Made by a program: the position numbers and the translations under genes. The notes below the pieces were generated by a model, which made no database searches, was not told the DNA's origin, and saw nothing but the letters and a program-made list of their open reading frames with translations. From Chiloscyllium plagiosum (Eukaryota): a stretch of DNA of 64,000 nucleotides. Of this stretch, positions 39,579 through 52,849 are shown piece by piece (the stretch's first letter is position 1; each line of letters starts with the position of its first letter). Location: assembly GCF_004010195.1 (NCBI RefSeq), contig NC_057719.1, positions 36,867,067 through 36,931,066 on the forward strand, written 5' to 3'.

Positions 39579-40907
39579 CCAAAAAGAGCAGCTCAGACTC
39601 CTTCGAGCTAGAAATATTTTAAAATAATTTTGATATGGGGATCAGTTGTAATTGTTTAATGTTTACTGATGACAGAATACCAGTTGAGAATGTAAGTTAT
39701 GAGGAGGGTGCAGGGAGACTTCAGGAGGAGATGAACAGTCTACCAAAGGGTGACAACCTTTGGATAAGGGATAGGCCACTTAAAGCTGAGATGAGGAGAA
39801 ATTTATTTGCTCAGAGAGTGGGGAATCTTTGGAATTCTCTACCACAGGGGGTTGTGGGTGCTCAACCAATGAGCATGTCCAAAATAGAAATCAATTCTGG
39901 AGGCTAATGACATCAAAGCATATGGAAATACAGCAGGAGGCTCGATGGGCTGAATGGCCAACTCCTGTTCCTATGTTCAATCTTCCTTTGAAATCTTGAG
40001 CCTCCACTTCCCCAAGTTTTTCCTCCATCCCTTTTCCAATTGCCTGAAGATCGCGCTCACTTCATTTGATGGGAACAATTTATTTATGACTGTCAACTGA
40101 TGGGTTGCTCCCACCTACTGTCTCTTAGATTATCCCTATTATCTTTTGGTAGGAGACTGTAAGGATGTGGGAGTTAAGTCTTCTCATCCTAAACTAAGGT
40201 AACTCACGAAACGTTTCTTGTTCAGCTTTACACTCTGTGATATTTATGCCAACTTCTAGTTAGTCTTAGATTTTATGGGCTCTCATAAGCCATATGATAA
40301 GGAAAACCACAAACATCACTGAATCTAAATAACTCAGTGGAAGCCCAATTCAGAATTCAGAGTTGGAGTTCCAGTCTGCAATTGCTGGATTATATGGGTT
40401 CAAACTCTACACCTTCTAATTCAGAGGTACCAGTCCGTCCTTTTGCCCATTTGAGTCTCAGAATGTTGGTTAAAATTTGAAGTCACTTGTAATTAAATAG
40501 CCAATTGACTCTCACTAGCAAAACTCACAACTCAACAAAGCCTTCATGTCCAGGATGGCAAAGAGGGTGCAACACTCAAATTGTGTATGTATCATTAAAA
40601 CGATACAATTAGCATTAATAGCACTGAGCTGTGCTGACATTATACCTAACCATTGTGCTTCTCTATCTCTATATTCTCCTTTATGAGATTGTTTAAAAAC
40701 TACACCTTTTGGTCACCTATTCTAATTTCTGCATTTGTGGCTCTAAATACTGTTTCTGTGAAGCACCTTGGAAGACACTATAATGAATAAACATTGCTGT
40801 TGTTATGATATACTATATTTTACAAAATATTTTAATGTTTGATCACTACATGTGTTAGAATTGTAGTCAATAATATTTGTTATACTGTATTTTGTTTTGT
40901 TCTGCAG

Positions 40908-41650
40908 CTAAGTATCCAGAGATCAAATCACTGATGGGACCCGATCCTAATCTAAAATGGATTGTGTTTGGAATGGTCCTTACGCAGACCATTGCATGCT
41001 TCTTTGTGAAAGATTTGTCTTGGAAATGGATTATATTCTGGGCTTATGCCTTTGGAGGTGCTGTCAACCACTCACTGACTCTGGCCATTCACGATATCTC
41101 TCATAATGTTGCATTTGGCAATAAGCTGGCAAAATGGAACCGATTGTTTGCAATGTTTGCTAATCTACCAATTGGAATGCCGTATTCTGCATCTTTCAAG
41201 AAATACCACATAGATCACCATCGATACCTGGGAGGTGATGGCTTAGATGTAGACATCCCAACAGAAATGGAAGGATGGTTCTTCTGCACTCCATTTCGCA
41301 AAACGATTTGGCTTATTCTCCAACCCCTTTTTTATGCGCTCAGGCCCCTTTATGTTAACCCTAAACCCATTACAAGGTTAGAGGTGTTGAATGCTGTGGT
41401 GCAGTTTGCATATGATTTTCTCATCTACTACATGTGGGGCTTGAAACCAATAGTATACTTGGTGGCAGGCTCACTTCTATGTATGGGTATCCATCCAATC
41501 TCTGGACATTTCATTGCCGAGCATTACATGTTTCTGAAGGGGCATGAAACCTACTCGTATTATGGTCCTCTCAACTGGATAACCTTCAATGTTGGATACC
41601 ATGTTGAACACCATGACTTTCCCAGTATTCCTGGCAGTAAACTACCATTG
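40908..41650 (+). CDS. DEGS2: DEGS2 coding exon 2 (743 nt) containing all three His boxes
   Basis: tctgcag| acceptor, TTG|gtaagt donor; HDISH, HIDHH, HVEHH boxes; DEGS2-type residues ([55 protein letters not shown]); head-to-head with YY1, as recalled for the human locus. Confidence 0.96.
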
Positions 41651-43324
41651 GTAAGTAGAGAAATAATTTTAGGACCTACCTGCTGGTTGAGTAAGTGCAT
41701 CATATAAGCTGGTACTGAATTGTACAGTGTAGGAAGATCCCAGGTTCATGACATAATATGGGTTGTGGTAGATAAGCTTCGTTAAGGTAACAACAAAGGG
41801 ACTAAAGTTTACTGGAGTATCCTAGGTTATAAAGAAGACTAAATCAATCTATATTACTGTTTCTGGCGCAGTGATCTTAACTGCAAACAGATTGCTACAC
41901 CCTGACATGAGTCAGCACTGTCAAGGGAATACTGGAGCAATATATTGATATAGAAAACATTATGACAATTTAACTAAGTGTATTTCCATGGTGGCCAGCA
42001 CAAGGCGTTTGTAATAATCATCTAATTTTCATTAATACTACTGCATTGTGTGTACTTACAATTCAACTTAATAAAGATGAAGTATTTTCTTTTAACTACA
42101 AAGCCCGAGTGCTGAAATTAAGGTAGTTTAAGTCAAATAGCTGAATTCTTACAGCCAAATTGTGTGATGACTGTGATTATTGCCGTGTTTAGCTGCTCTA
42201 GTCTACGGTATAGCTGTCCCTGTCTGATGTCTAAATCTGTCACCTGACTTGGTTAAGAGGCTATTATTGCATTTTGACAGAAGAGAAGAGGAAAACTTCT
42301 GGACAGTGCAGAGTGTAACATTTCTATCTGCTATGTACTGATTGCTTAGAGTAAAAGAAGCAGGAGTAGGTCACAGAGCTCTCAATCCTGTATTGTTAGT
42401 TATTAAATCAGGATAACTATTTTATTCCCAATAATTAATCCTACAATGTCACTCATGTGTAAGTATTTCTATGTATAGCTCTAAATGTTTAATAAGGACC
42501 ATGTTACAATTCAAATTATTAAAAACTACTAGTATTGCTCAACGATTTGTAATTTTTTCTCATGTTTATCTCCTGTTATTGTTCTTTAAATTTACCTAAG
42601 ATTTTGCTCCTATTGACAGAGAATACATAAAAAAGCTATTGGACATTTGATTTCTTTCAATCATATTTTTTGCCATTTTAAGAGCCCTCATTGTTTCTGT
42701 GCCATTTCGGATGAAAAGTTTCTGAAAAGCCTCGCTCCAAATATTCAAAGTTGGATGCACAATCCTGATTATTTGGAAGGCCGATAGGTGCTGTTGGGAA
42801 AACGTTGTGTTTTTTTAAAGAATTATTCTAGATTATTTTTATACTTTTGCTTTTTGGTCTTTTCTTGTTACCACTCAAACCACATTAATGTGTTGCAAAT
42901 GACATCGTTCATGTTGTAGTGCTAAAAGCAGACAATGGACAATGAGTGACAATGTCTCTTTGATAAGTTGGTGGAACAAGCTGACTTTGTTACATGTATA
43001 TCTTGGGAACCATGGTGGACGCACAATGTACAGTTAATTTAACAATGCCAATAAAAAATCAATTTCTGTGCATTATTTTTAAGATTTATTAAATGCAAGG
43101 TGTTTGAATATTGATACTTGTATTTATAGATTGAATGATTAGATTCAGGTTTCATGTGCTAAAATATAAAATTCAAATGTTAAAATCTAATTTCAAACAC
43201 ACTAAATAATTTCTGAAATATTATTCCTAAATCTCTTTTATTTTCATGGAAGTGACATCAGGACAATATTTGCATTGTATTACAATAACAATTAGAGGAC
43301 TAGGAAGTACTACATATAAACAAG

Positions 43325-43642
43325 CCATGGTGGCTCAGTGGTTAGCACTGCTGCCTCACAGTGCCAGGGATCTGCATTCGATTCCACCCTTGGGCGACTG
43401 TCTTTGTGGAGTTTGAACATTCTCATTGTGTCTGCGTGGGTTTTCTCTGGGTGCTCCAGTTTCCTCCCACAATTCAAAGGTGGACAGGTTAAGTGATGCT
43501 AAATTGCCCATAGTGTTCAGAGATGTGTAGGATAGGTGCAATGGTCAGGGATAAATCTAGAGCAACAGAGTAGAGGGAATGGGTCTGGGTGGGTTACTCT
43601 TCAGAAGGTCACTGTGGACTTCTTGGGCCAAATGGCATGTTT
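43325..43642 (+). mobile_element. HE1/V-SINE-type SINE, full length
   Basis: tggtggctcagtggttagcactgctgcctcacag, ttcgattcc B-box, tail ttccacactgtaggg. Confidence 0.85.
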
Positions 43643-44249
43643 CCACACTGTAGGGTTTCTATGAAAGCAGATACATCTTTGTGGTTCATGACAGTCTCAA
43701 TTTACCATCCACAGGATCCTATGTAGATTAACCTTACTAATTTTCAAATTATTACTAATGGCCTATACCGTAGAAACTTATAGATGTTAAATGTTTTAAA
43801 ATGACCCAAACTGATTCAGTAATCTGATAATCTCACCCATATAGACCATTATGGCAACTGTATCTGGGGGACAAAAAATTACCATAGAGGGAAAATGGTT
43901 TGATTTTGTATTGTTGTTTGGGAAAAAGAGAATTGTTGGACCGCTTTAATGGTTTAATGGTATTTATTCATTTATAGATGGTCAACTGTTGTCATTTTAA
44001 GGCTCCTTGGTTTGTTACATTATTGGTTAAAATTTGAGCCACATTGTCTGTCCACATTGCAATGAATGTTTAGAATATTTTATTATTATTATGAGAGAAC
44101 ATGGGTTCTGACATTGAGGTAATTGGATTTTGTCTGTGAAGGTGACTTATTTCTTTGAAAGGTCAGAAACTAATTTTTCTTTAGCGCTGAGTCAAAACAG
44201 CATAATCCAAGAAGTCATGCAATTCAAGCTAAGTGACTACACAACCTAT

Positions 44250-44590
44250 GAAACTAAAATATAGTGGATGCTGGAAATCTGAATCAAAAACAAAAAACAT
44301 TGGAGAAATTTAGAATGTCTGGCAGTATCTGTGGAGAGAGAAACGGAGTTAATATTTTGAGTCTGCATGATTCTTCTTTGATTCTGAAGTGAAGACAGAA
44401 CTATGGTCTGAAGTTCTGAATGAAGCAGCAAGTTGCTATAAAGGTAAGGCAAGACAGAGGTGCTGTGAACATCAAGGTATGCACAAAGTGAGTTAGGCTG
44501 AAAAAGGGTCACTGGCCTTGAAACATTGACTCTGCTTTCTCTCTACTGATGCTGTTAGACATGCTGAATTTCTCCAATAATTTCTGTTTA
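44250..44590. mobile_element. Two inverted family-B Penelope pseudo-LTR fragments with decayed hammerheads
   Basis: Minus-oriented gatgctggaaatctg...tctgtggagagagaaacggagtta arm and plus-oriented ctgaaaaagggtcactggccttgaaacattgactctg arm, similar to 15961-16080. Confidence 0.6.
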
Positions 44591-44754
44591 TCTTAAGTTT
44601 CTTAAGAGGTTTTGACAGGGCATGTTTGAAGAGGTTGTTGTGCCTTATGGGAGAATCTCAGACCAGAGGGCATAAGTTTTTAAGAGAGAGATGAGGAGGA
44701 AATTCTTCTCTCAGATGTTAGTGTATTTGTGGAATTTTCTGCTCCACTGGGTTA

Positions 44755-45058
44755 TAGAGTCATAGAGTCATGGATATGTACAGCACGGACACAGACCCTT
44801 TGGACCAACTGGTCCAAGCCGACCAGATAAGCCAACCCAATCTAGTCCCACCTGCTAGCACCTAGCCCATATCTCTCCAAACAATTCCTATTCATGTACC
44901 CATCCAGATGCCTTTTAAATGCTGTAATTGTACCAGCCTCCACCACTTCCTCTGGCAGCTCGTTCCATGCACGTACCACCCTCTGCGTGAAAAAGTTGCC
45001 CCTTACGTCCCTTTTAGATCGTTCCCCTCTCACCCTAAACCTATGCCCTCTACTTCTG
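44755..45058 (-). mobile_element. Short young CR1 (HER1-like) 3' end
   Basis: RGHRFRVRGERSKRDVRGNFFTQRVVRAWNELPEEVVEAG; (tctatgac)n tail. Confidence 0.9.
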
Positions 45059-45694
45059 GTTGATGAGGTTGGATTGTTATGTATATTTGAGGATGATATT
45101 GACAGATTTTTAATCAGGATCGATATCAAGAATTATGAGCAAATGGCAGGAAAGTGGAATTGAGAATTATCAGATCAGCCATGATCTCAATGAATGGTGG
45201 AACAGACTTGATGGGCTGAATAGCCTGCATCTGCTTCTACGCCTTATGGTCTTATGGGAATTAAATCATTATCTTAAAAGGAAACATTTGTAAGAAGACA
45301 GGGAAAAAGCAAGGGAGTAGCATGAAGTGAACTATTTCTTCAGACAGCCAATGCAGAAAGGATAGTTTCCTTCTGTTGTCATAATCATTCTATGATTCTC
45401 CTTCAATCTTAGTTATAGCAATTTGCTCAAATTTCAATAGAAAATCAACAACATATATCATGTAGATTGCTGAGAGTTTTGCTTTGTGATACCAGTAGAA
45501 CATTGCTGGACCTACCTTCAGTTGAGTATGCCTACTTTCACAGACACTGGACCCTTTGTGATTGTAGATCTCTGAGTATCCTGTATCTGGGTAGTTGTCC
45601 TTTGGGTATAAGAGTCCTGTCCTTTGCATTATACTGCCTACATTATCCAGCCCCTTATGAAGTGTATTCTGTTCCACATAATTGTCAAATCGAT

Positions 45695-46040
45695 GTGGTC
45701 CAGTGGTTAGCACTGCTGCCTCAGAGCACCAAGACTCTGAGTTTGATTCCAGCCTCAGGCGACTGTCTGTGTGGAGTTTGCACAGCCACCCTGCATCTGC
45801 GTGGGTTTCCGCTGGGTGCTCTGGTTTCTTCCCACAGTCCAAAGATGTGCATGTTAGGTGGATTGGCCATGCTAAATTGCCCCATAATGTCCAGGGATAT
45901 GCAGGCTAGGTGGATTAGCCATAGTAAAAATGCAGGGATAGGATAAGCGTTTGAGTATGGTGGAAAGCTATTTGGAGGGTCAGTGCAGACTCAAATGTGC
46001 TGAATAGCCTCTTTTCATATTGTGGGGATTCTTTGATTCT
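45695..46040 (+). mobile_element. HE1/V-SINE-related SINE
   Basis: cagtggttagcactgctgcctcag, gtttgattcc, gttaggtggattggccatgctaaattgccc. Confidence 0.75.
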
Positions 46041-46119
46041 ATATGAGTATGTGAGGTATAAGGTGCTTCATTGCCTGCTAGTAATTCCTCAGATTCTGAA
46101 CTTTTGTAATCAATCTCAA

Positions 46120-46645
46120 TTTTTTTTTATTCATTCATAGAATGTAGTTGTTGCTGGCTGGGCCAGCATTCATTACTACTCTCTCTTTGCACTTGAACTG
46201 AGTGGATTGATAGGACTACTCCGTGGGAAACAAGAGTCAACCACATTGCTGTGGATCTGAAGCTGCACATAGGCTAGGCCAGGTGCAATGACAGATTTCC
46301 TTCTCCAAAGGGTACTAGTGAAGCAAATGAGTTCTTTTTTTTTATCATGCTTGACAACATTTATATGGTCATCAATAATCCAGCTTTTAATTTCAGATTT
46401 TATTTGATTTCAAACTTCACCTTCTGCTAGGATGGAATTCAACCCCATGTCCAAAGACCATTAGATAAAAAAAAACAAAAAGAACTGCAGATGTTGGAAA
46501 TCTGAAACAAAAACATAAATTGCTGGAAAATCTTAGCAGATCTGGCAGCATGAGTGGAGAGAAATCAGAGTTAACATTTCGGTTCCAGTTCCCAAGAGCA
46601 ATAGCCAGGCTCTATGGATTATTAGGTCTGTGACACTATCATTAT
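46120..46645 (-). mobile_element. Second tRNA-SINE family, interrupted by a family-B PLE fragment (about 46466-46592)
   Basis: T-run at the left end, B-box-like ggaattcaaccc; related copy at about 22020-22230. Family name not assigned with confidence. Confidence 0.5.
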
Positions 46646-46989
46646 TCCTCTGCAAATCATATTCAATGTTTCCTTTGTGTCTTTTGCATGGAAGGCCTGC
46701 TCAGCGGCAAAGAAGCTACATTTGTAGCAATAAAGTGTCTTACTCCAGCTTTTTGCCTGGAAACACCACTCTTTTCAGTGACTTCGGTGAGTTGTCATCT
46801 TTGAACTTGAAACGAGTAGAACTTTCATGCTCCCTAACCTTGCTTTGATCCTTACTATTGAGTGAATCCAAATAAGATTTTCATCAATCTGCTCCACAGA
46901 CTGTGGAGATTCAATCATTACCTAATATGGCACAATTGAATGAATCTGGGTAGTGCACTCATTACCCTCTTGTGACTAAACCCTCTTGT

Positions 46990-47990
46990 GACCATTCCTA
47001 CCTCTCAAACTGATTATTATCATCATCTTCAACTTCTAAGTGTTAGGCATCACTTTAAAATCTCTGCTGCTATGCTTTTGGTCATTCATTGTATAGTGAT
47101 ATTTGGAGTCACATCTGTAGCACCTGCTAACTATTCCCCAGGCATTTCTGGGGCTTATTTGCCTATTGTCTGTCAGATCAGCTAAAAATAGCTTCATGCT
47201 TATTCTTTCCAGATATTGTACTGATGCCTGCACCTTGTAAATGAAGTGTCTTGAAATGCTGCAAATATTGAGCCCTCCATCCTTTGTGACATCACAAAAT
47301 GTCCTGTTTGCATCACTAAGGATGCTGGAAATGACAGCTTCCCCATAATATTTTTAAAGTAGTAGACACTTGATTCAAAAAGGTGTCTTTTTGTAAAAGA
47401 ACAAAACACTAATTAAGACCAAAAGCCTAACCACATAACGTTCAAGGATATAGGACAAGTACAGGAAATTGGGATTAACACACCTTTAGTGGTAGACATG
47501 TCAGTACAGATGTAATAGGTCAAAAGGGCCTCTTCTATGCTCTATGACCCTATGAATCTACATACAACACATGAGCATAATTCAATAATTCAAATGAGAG
47601 CCCTGAGAAAATAATCTCTCAATTGAACTTAAGCAATCTTTTCCACAGTCTGTTAAAGTTCATATTATATTTCTCTGTGCAATGACTTCAAAAATCTATC
47701 AAAGTTTGACTATGCCTTGTAGATATCTAACAGATCAACGTTTCTGTAAATTTCATCCATGAATTTTAAGAGAATACTTAAGTCTTCATCAATGTTCAAC
47801 TGATGGACATCTAATTCCCAAAGTATTTTGCTTCTGATTTTACTGTTGTTAAGAAGTAACAGTACCAAAGTAGTACCCTGTTTTCTGTTTGCTAAGGATG
47901 TGCACATATCTACTTCATTTTCCCATTGAGTTCAGATTCAGAGTAGTTTGGTGGGTGGATCTAAACCTAACAACTTAGCTTATGTGACTT
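46990..47990 (-). mobile_element. Degraded gag of a Ty1/copia-type (probably GalEa-clade) LTR retrotransposon
   Basis: NEVDMC...RKQG..LVLLL...SKIRSK..WELDV..LN.DE.L..LLKFMDEIY..DL..IYKA; zinc knuckle NAWGIVSRCYRCDSKYHY. Confidence 0.5.
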
Positions 47991-49223
47991 TCAGCCATTC
48001 TTCATAAAAGTAACTCAAGATTATAAGGTTCTGTCTGATTTTTCTTTTCTTAGCTTCCAATCTTCACCTTCAGGAGACCATCCTTTGCTAAATTTTAAAT
48101 AATTCTGAAATCTGACAGTGAGGTAGGAAGCCAGATGCAATTTTTTTAGTTACTGCTACATTTATTAGCAGAATGCCACATTGTATATGTTTGCCTCCTC
48201 CCTAATGAACAAGAAAAGTCCCCCAAGTCCCTCTTTCTTCTTTTCCTAAACAAATCAACTGAATAAACTACTGATCAATCTTTGAAAGGGTATTGCAACT
48301 TACAAGTCTTCCTTTATTTTGTCCAAGGTACTTAATCAATCAATGTTCTTCATGTACCTTCATGTTCCTTATCCTTAATAATACAATGATCACAGTCTTC
48401 AGACCAGCTTTGCTGTGATCTCGCCTGTGATTCCCCACTGTGACACCTTCTTGGAGATGGCCATTACCCAGCATTTGTGTGGAGCAAATGTAACTTGCCA
48501 CTTGTTAGCCCAAGCCTGGATGTTGTCCAGATGGTTTAGCATTTGGACATGGACTTCTTCAGTGTCTGAGGAGTTGTGAAAGATCCTGAATATTGTGCAA
48601 TTGTTGGCAAACATCCCCACTTCTGACCTTATGGTGGAAGGAATGTCCTAGCTTGTTTACTGGGTTTTGCAGAAGGGTGGGTCTGTAAAGCCAAATGAAA
48701 TATGCAAGGAGCACATTTTCAAACAGGACTAGGCATAATTCATAGCCTCATTTATTTCTCACTCTCCTCATCCAATGCAGCCAGCAGTTGTGAAACTACC
48801 TGGTAGAAATGCCACCCCGTAAAGTAATAGTCAGCTTATCCACAGGTGACGGGCAATAAATGCTTGCCCACATCTCATGAGTGAATAAAAAAAACTGAGC
48901 TAATTAATGTTGGGTTTACGTTCCTTTAGGATGTTCCATAAAATAAGATCTGTAGGGAACTGAAATTATACAGTCTACCTGTTTTACATATTGGCAAGAA
49001 AAAGAGCCAGCTTTTGGAAGCCTGAGGCCGTTAACTAACTGCCATGAAGTCTCTGTAGGAAATATTTCTACTTGTTTCTCAGATCTTTAGTTATCAAGAG
49101 GCTTCTATTAGATCAGCATGATATAACTGTCTCTCATCAATAAAAGAGAAATTAACTCTCCTTGGAGGTGGGGAAGATATTCCCTGTGGTGGGAATGGCA
49201 ATGGCTTGTTGCTCATCAATTGG

Positions 49224-49337
49224 GCTTTTGCCCGAAACGTCAATTTTGCTGCTCGTCGGATGCTGCCTGAACTGCTGTGCTCTTCCAGCACCACTAATCC
49301 AGAATCTGGTTTCCAGCATCTGCAGTCATTGTTTTTA
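49224..49337 (+). mobile_element. Penelope-derived mini-element, 5'-truncated inside hammerhead helix II
   Basis: gggc-tttt-gccc-gaaacgtc plus tail; perfect 13-bp TSD gctcatcaattgg (49211-49223 / 49338-49350). Confidence 0.85.
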
Positions 49338-49989
49338 GCTCATCAATTGGAGGCAAGCAGCCAATAAAATCAATTAATTTGCCTATTGCTAGCCATTTTA
49401 CCATGTTATTGCATTTTACCAACATTAGATTCACCCCGTCAAATAAGCTGGATGTGGAAGGGTGCCTTCCTGTTAATGCTTATGTTTATCAAAATATTTT
49501 AGGAGCTATATTGTTATGCGCGTATAAATAGGATGTCACTACTGCTCTTCTTTCTGTGTAATAACGCAAAATGTAGTGGGCTGCAATGCCAATTTGAGTG
49601 GTACATTAGATGTCAGCATTTTGCCCAGAAGTGTGCTTATTTCCAGGAACCACAGGGTGGAACATAATGGCAGCAGGTATCCAGTAAAACACAAGCTTTA
49701 TAAACAAAGAATTAGATTAAGAAACATTAACACCAATTTGTAAATGTCAGTTCGCCATAATCTTACCAGACCATGGGCTGCTCTCTCATTAGAGATATAA
49801 AACTGGTGATGGTTTAACCTGACAGTCACCGCAGCTCAGGTGAGGTGGGAAATTTAGAAGTAGTGACCTTCTTGGTAACCTCAGCTGGTGCAGGAATTGC
49901 TGACATCGCTCTACATTGTAAAGCAGCCCTCCAGCCAACTGACTATTAATATTACAGAGCGAGTACAACAAATTGAATTGTATGAAATC

Positions 49990-50900
49990 AAAATGGCCAC
50001 CACCACAGCAATGAATATGCAGCATCACCTCAGGATGAAAAGGGAAACTAATTGTATCATGACATTTTTGAGAAGTTCAAATGAAAGTGCAGATGGACAT
50101 TTTGCATCCTTTAGTTCCATCCTTTTAGGGACAGCAGAGACAGATTTAAACTTGTTTAATAGCTGGGAGAGGAATGAGGATGACAGAATACATATAGACA
50201 GAATTGTTGAAAAATTATCTCACATCTTGAGCCAAAATCAAACTATTAAATCTATTAAACAGAAATTGCTAGAAAATCTCAGCAGGTCTGGCAGAATCTG
50301 TGGAAAGCTTTCTCTCTGCTGAGTTTTTCCAGCTATTTTTGTGTGTTTCTGATTTTCAGCATCTGCAGTTCTTTTTTCATTTTCTCTATTAAATTTGATG
50401 GTGTGAATTTTAGAGCTTTAGACAAGAACCTGGTGAACCTGTGAACCATTACTAAATGAGATCAAAAAATTGAATCAGCAAATATAAATTAAAAATAAAT
50501 GGCTGATAGATCAAGTAATTCAGAATTCGAAACACCCCGATACACAAAAAGCTATGATTAAGTAGGAGAAAGTTGTGATATCACAGGTTGTAAACATTAC
50601 TGGAATATAATGTACCCTAATTAGGCAGATGAAAATGCAATCAAGAAGCAGGGCCATGTACTGAAACAGCAACAAAAGAATTCATACCAAACAGAGATCA
50701 AGCTATGCAAGAATTCATGACCATGAGTTTACCGACAGAGGAAATATTTTACATGTATTCAAACTGCAGGGTTTGTGAAAAGATAATCACTAGGAAAAGA
50801 TATGCAAAACCATGAAAGAATATGGTAAATAGGTTATGAGAAGCAGAGCAACTGGGCAAATGCAAAAGACAAAAAGCTAAATCTCCTATTGTCTGGAAGA
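49990..50900 (+). mobile_element. Degraded gypsy gag remnant, with a family-B PLE palindrome at about 50260-50384
   Basis: LFNSWE...IVEKL..IL.PK.NY, FRQEPGEPV, C..C.K.NH..K.C-like segments; PLE insert flanked by tctattaaa duplication. Confidence 0.5.
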
Positions 50901-50904
50901 CAAT

Positions 50905-51835
50905 AAGAACATAAGGACATCGTAAGCTAAGAACAGGATTTTGTAACTTGAGCCTGCTCTGCTATTCAATAAGATCATGACCGATCTCACGTCAGTCTCA
51001 ATTCAATTTTTTCTGCCTCCTCCCATCACCTTTCACCCCCTTTCGCTGATTTAAAATCTATCGCCTCCTTAAATTTACTCAATAACCTAGCATTCCACTA
51101 TATTGTTGGATCGGGAATTCCACAGATTCACACCACTGAGAATAATAATCGCTCCTCATCTCTGTTTTAAACCTGCTACTCGTTATCCTAAAATTATGAC
51201 TTCTCATTCCAGATTGTCCCAGAAGAGGAAGCATCTCCCCTAATTCAATCTTCTTTAGCATCATGTATACCTCCATTAGATCTCCCCTTAGTCATCTAAA
51301 TTCCAGAACCTGTAGGCTGAAGCTGCTCAATCTCTCTTCATCAACAAACCTCTTCCCTCTGGGATCATTCCAGTGAACCTCCTCAAAACTGCCTCCAATG
51401 CAACAATATCCGTCCTGAAATAAGAGGAACAGAAATGCATACAGAACGATTAGATTAGATTCCCTACTGTGTGGAAACAGGCCTTTCGGCCCAACCGGCC
51501 ATCTGAAGAGTAACCCACCCAGACCCATCTCCCTTGACTAATGCACCTAACACTATGGGCAATTTAGCATGGCCAATTCACCTGACCTGCACATCTTTGG
51601 ACTGTGGGAGGAAACCAACGCAGACACAGGGAGAATGTGCAAACTCCACACAGTCACCCAAGGTTGGAATCGAACCTGGGACCCTGGTGCTGTGAGGCAG
51701 CAGTGCTAACCACTGAGCCACCGCACTATGGTCTCACTAATGCCTTGTACAGTTGCAGATACACTTTCCTACTTTTAGACTTGATTCCTTCAGCAATAAA
51801 TGCCAAAATATGATTTGTCTTCCTTATTTCTTGCT
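50905..51835 (-). mobile_element. CR1-type LINE 3' end interrupted by an HE1-type SINE (51449-51723, minus)
   Basis: DLMEVY, FKTEMRS.Y.SQ, FTGMIP motifs on minus; SINE A/B boxes and aatctaatctaa tail. Confidence 0.75.
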
Positions 51836-51914
51836 GTAATAGTGAAAATAATAATGAGTTACAATAGAGATAACAACTATGGATCTGTATGAAATGTTAG
51901 GATGTGCAAGTTCA

Positions 51915-52840
51915 TAGATGCGTAGAGATATACAGCATGGATACAGACCCTTCAGTCTAACTTGTCCATGCCAACCAGCTGTCCTAAATAAAACTAGTCC
52001 TATTTGCCAGCATTTGGACAATAATGCTCGAAACCCTAAACCCTCCAAACCTCTAATCCGTCTAAACCCTTCCTATTCATATACCCATCCAGATGCTTTT
52101 TAAATGTTGTAATTATACCAGCCTCTACCACTTCCTCATTCCATTCATGCACCATCCTCTGTGTGAAAAAGTTGCTCCTTAGGTTCCTTTTAAATTTTTC
52201 CCCTCTCATCTTAAACTTATGCCCTCCAGTTTTGGACTCCCCCACCCTGGGGAAAAGACCTTGTCTATTTATCCAATCCATGCCCCTCACAATTTTATAA
52301 ATCTCTATAAGATCACCCCTGCCTCTGACACTCCAGGGAAAATAGCCCCAGCCTATTCAGCCCCTCCCTATAGCTCAAACCCTTCAATCCTTGTAAATCT
52401 TTTCTGGACCCTTTCAAGTTTCACAACGTCCTTCCTATAGTAGGGAGACCAGAATTCATTGCAGTATTCCAAAAGTGGCCTAACCAATGTCTTGTACAGC
52501 CACAACATGACCTCCCAAATCTTATACTCAATGCACTGACCAATAAAGACAATCATACCAAATGCCTTCTTCACTATCCTATCTATCTGAGATTCCACTT
52601 TCAAGGAACTATGAACCTGCACTCCAAGGTCTCTTTGTTCAGCAACATTCCCCAGGACCTTACCATTAAGTGCCCTGATTTGCCTTCCCAAAATGCAGCA
52701 CCTCACATTTATCTAAAATAAATTCCATCTGCCTCTCCTCGGCCCATTGGCCCATCTGATCAAGATCCCATCGTACTGTAAAGTAACTGTCCACTACACC
52801 TCCAATTTTGGTGTCATTTGAAAACTTACCAAACATACCT
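51915..52840 (-). mobile_element. CR1 (HER1-like) LINE 3' portion
   Basis: KFSNDTKIGGVVDS, LYKTLVRPLLEYC.EFWSP, NFFTQR motifs. Confidence 0.9.
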
Positions 52841-52849
52841 CGAAACATA

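Larger units (their letters stand above)
37646..39975 (+). mobile_element. Old fragmented CR1 ORF2 (host of the Tx1 element and two SINEs; begins near 36330)
   Basis: VPADWK..N..PLFQK, HGFMK, LDFQ..FD.V, LKAEMRRNLFAQRVGNLWNSLPQ motifs with many lesions. Confidence 0.7.

Noticed and set aside
40877..41707. 276-aa ORF as a complete single-exon gene, or as DEGS1
   Set aside because: It is an internal exon bounded by AG/GT (40908-41650); diagnostic residues and adjacency to YY1 indicate DEGS2.
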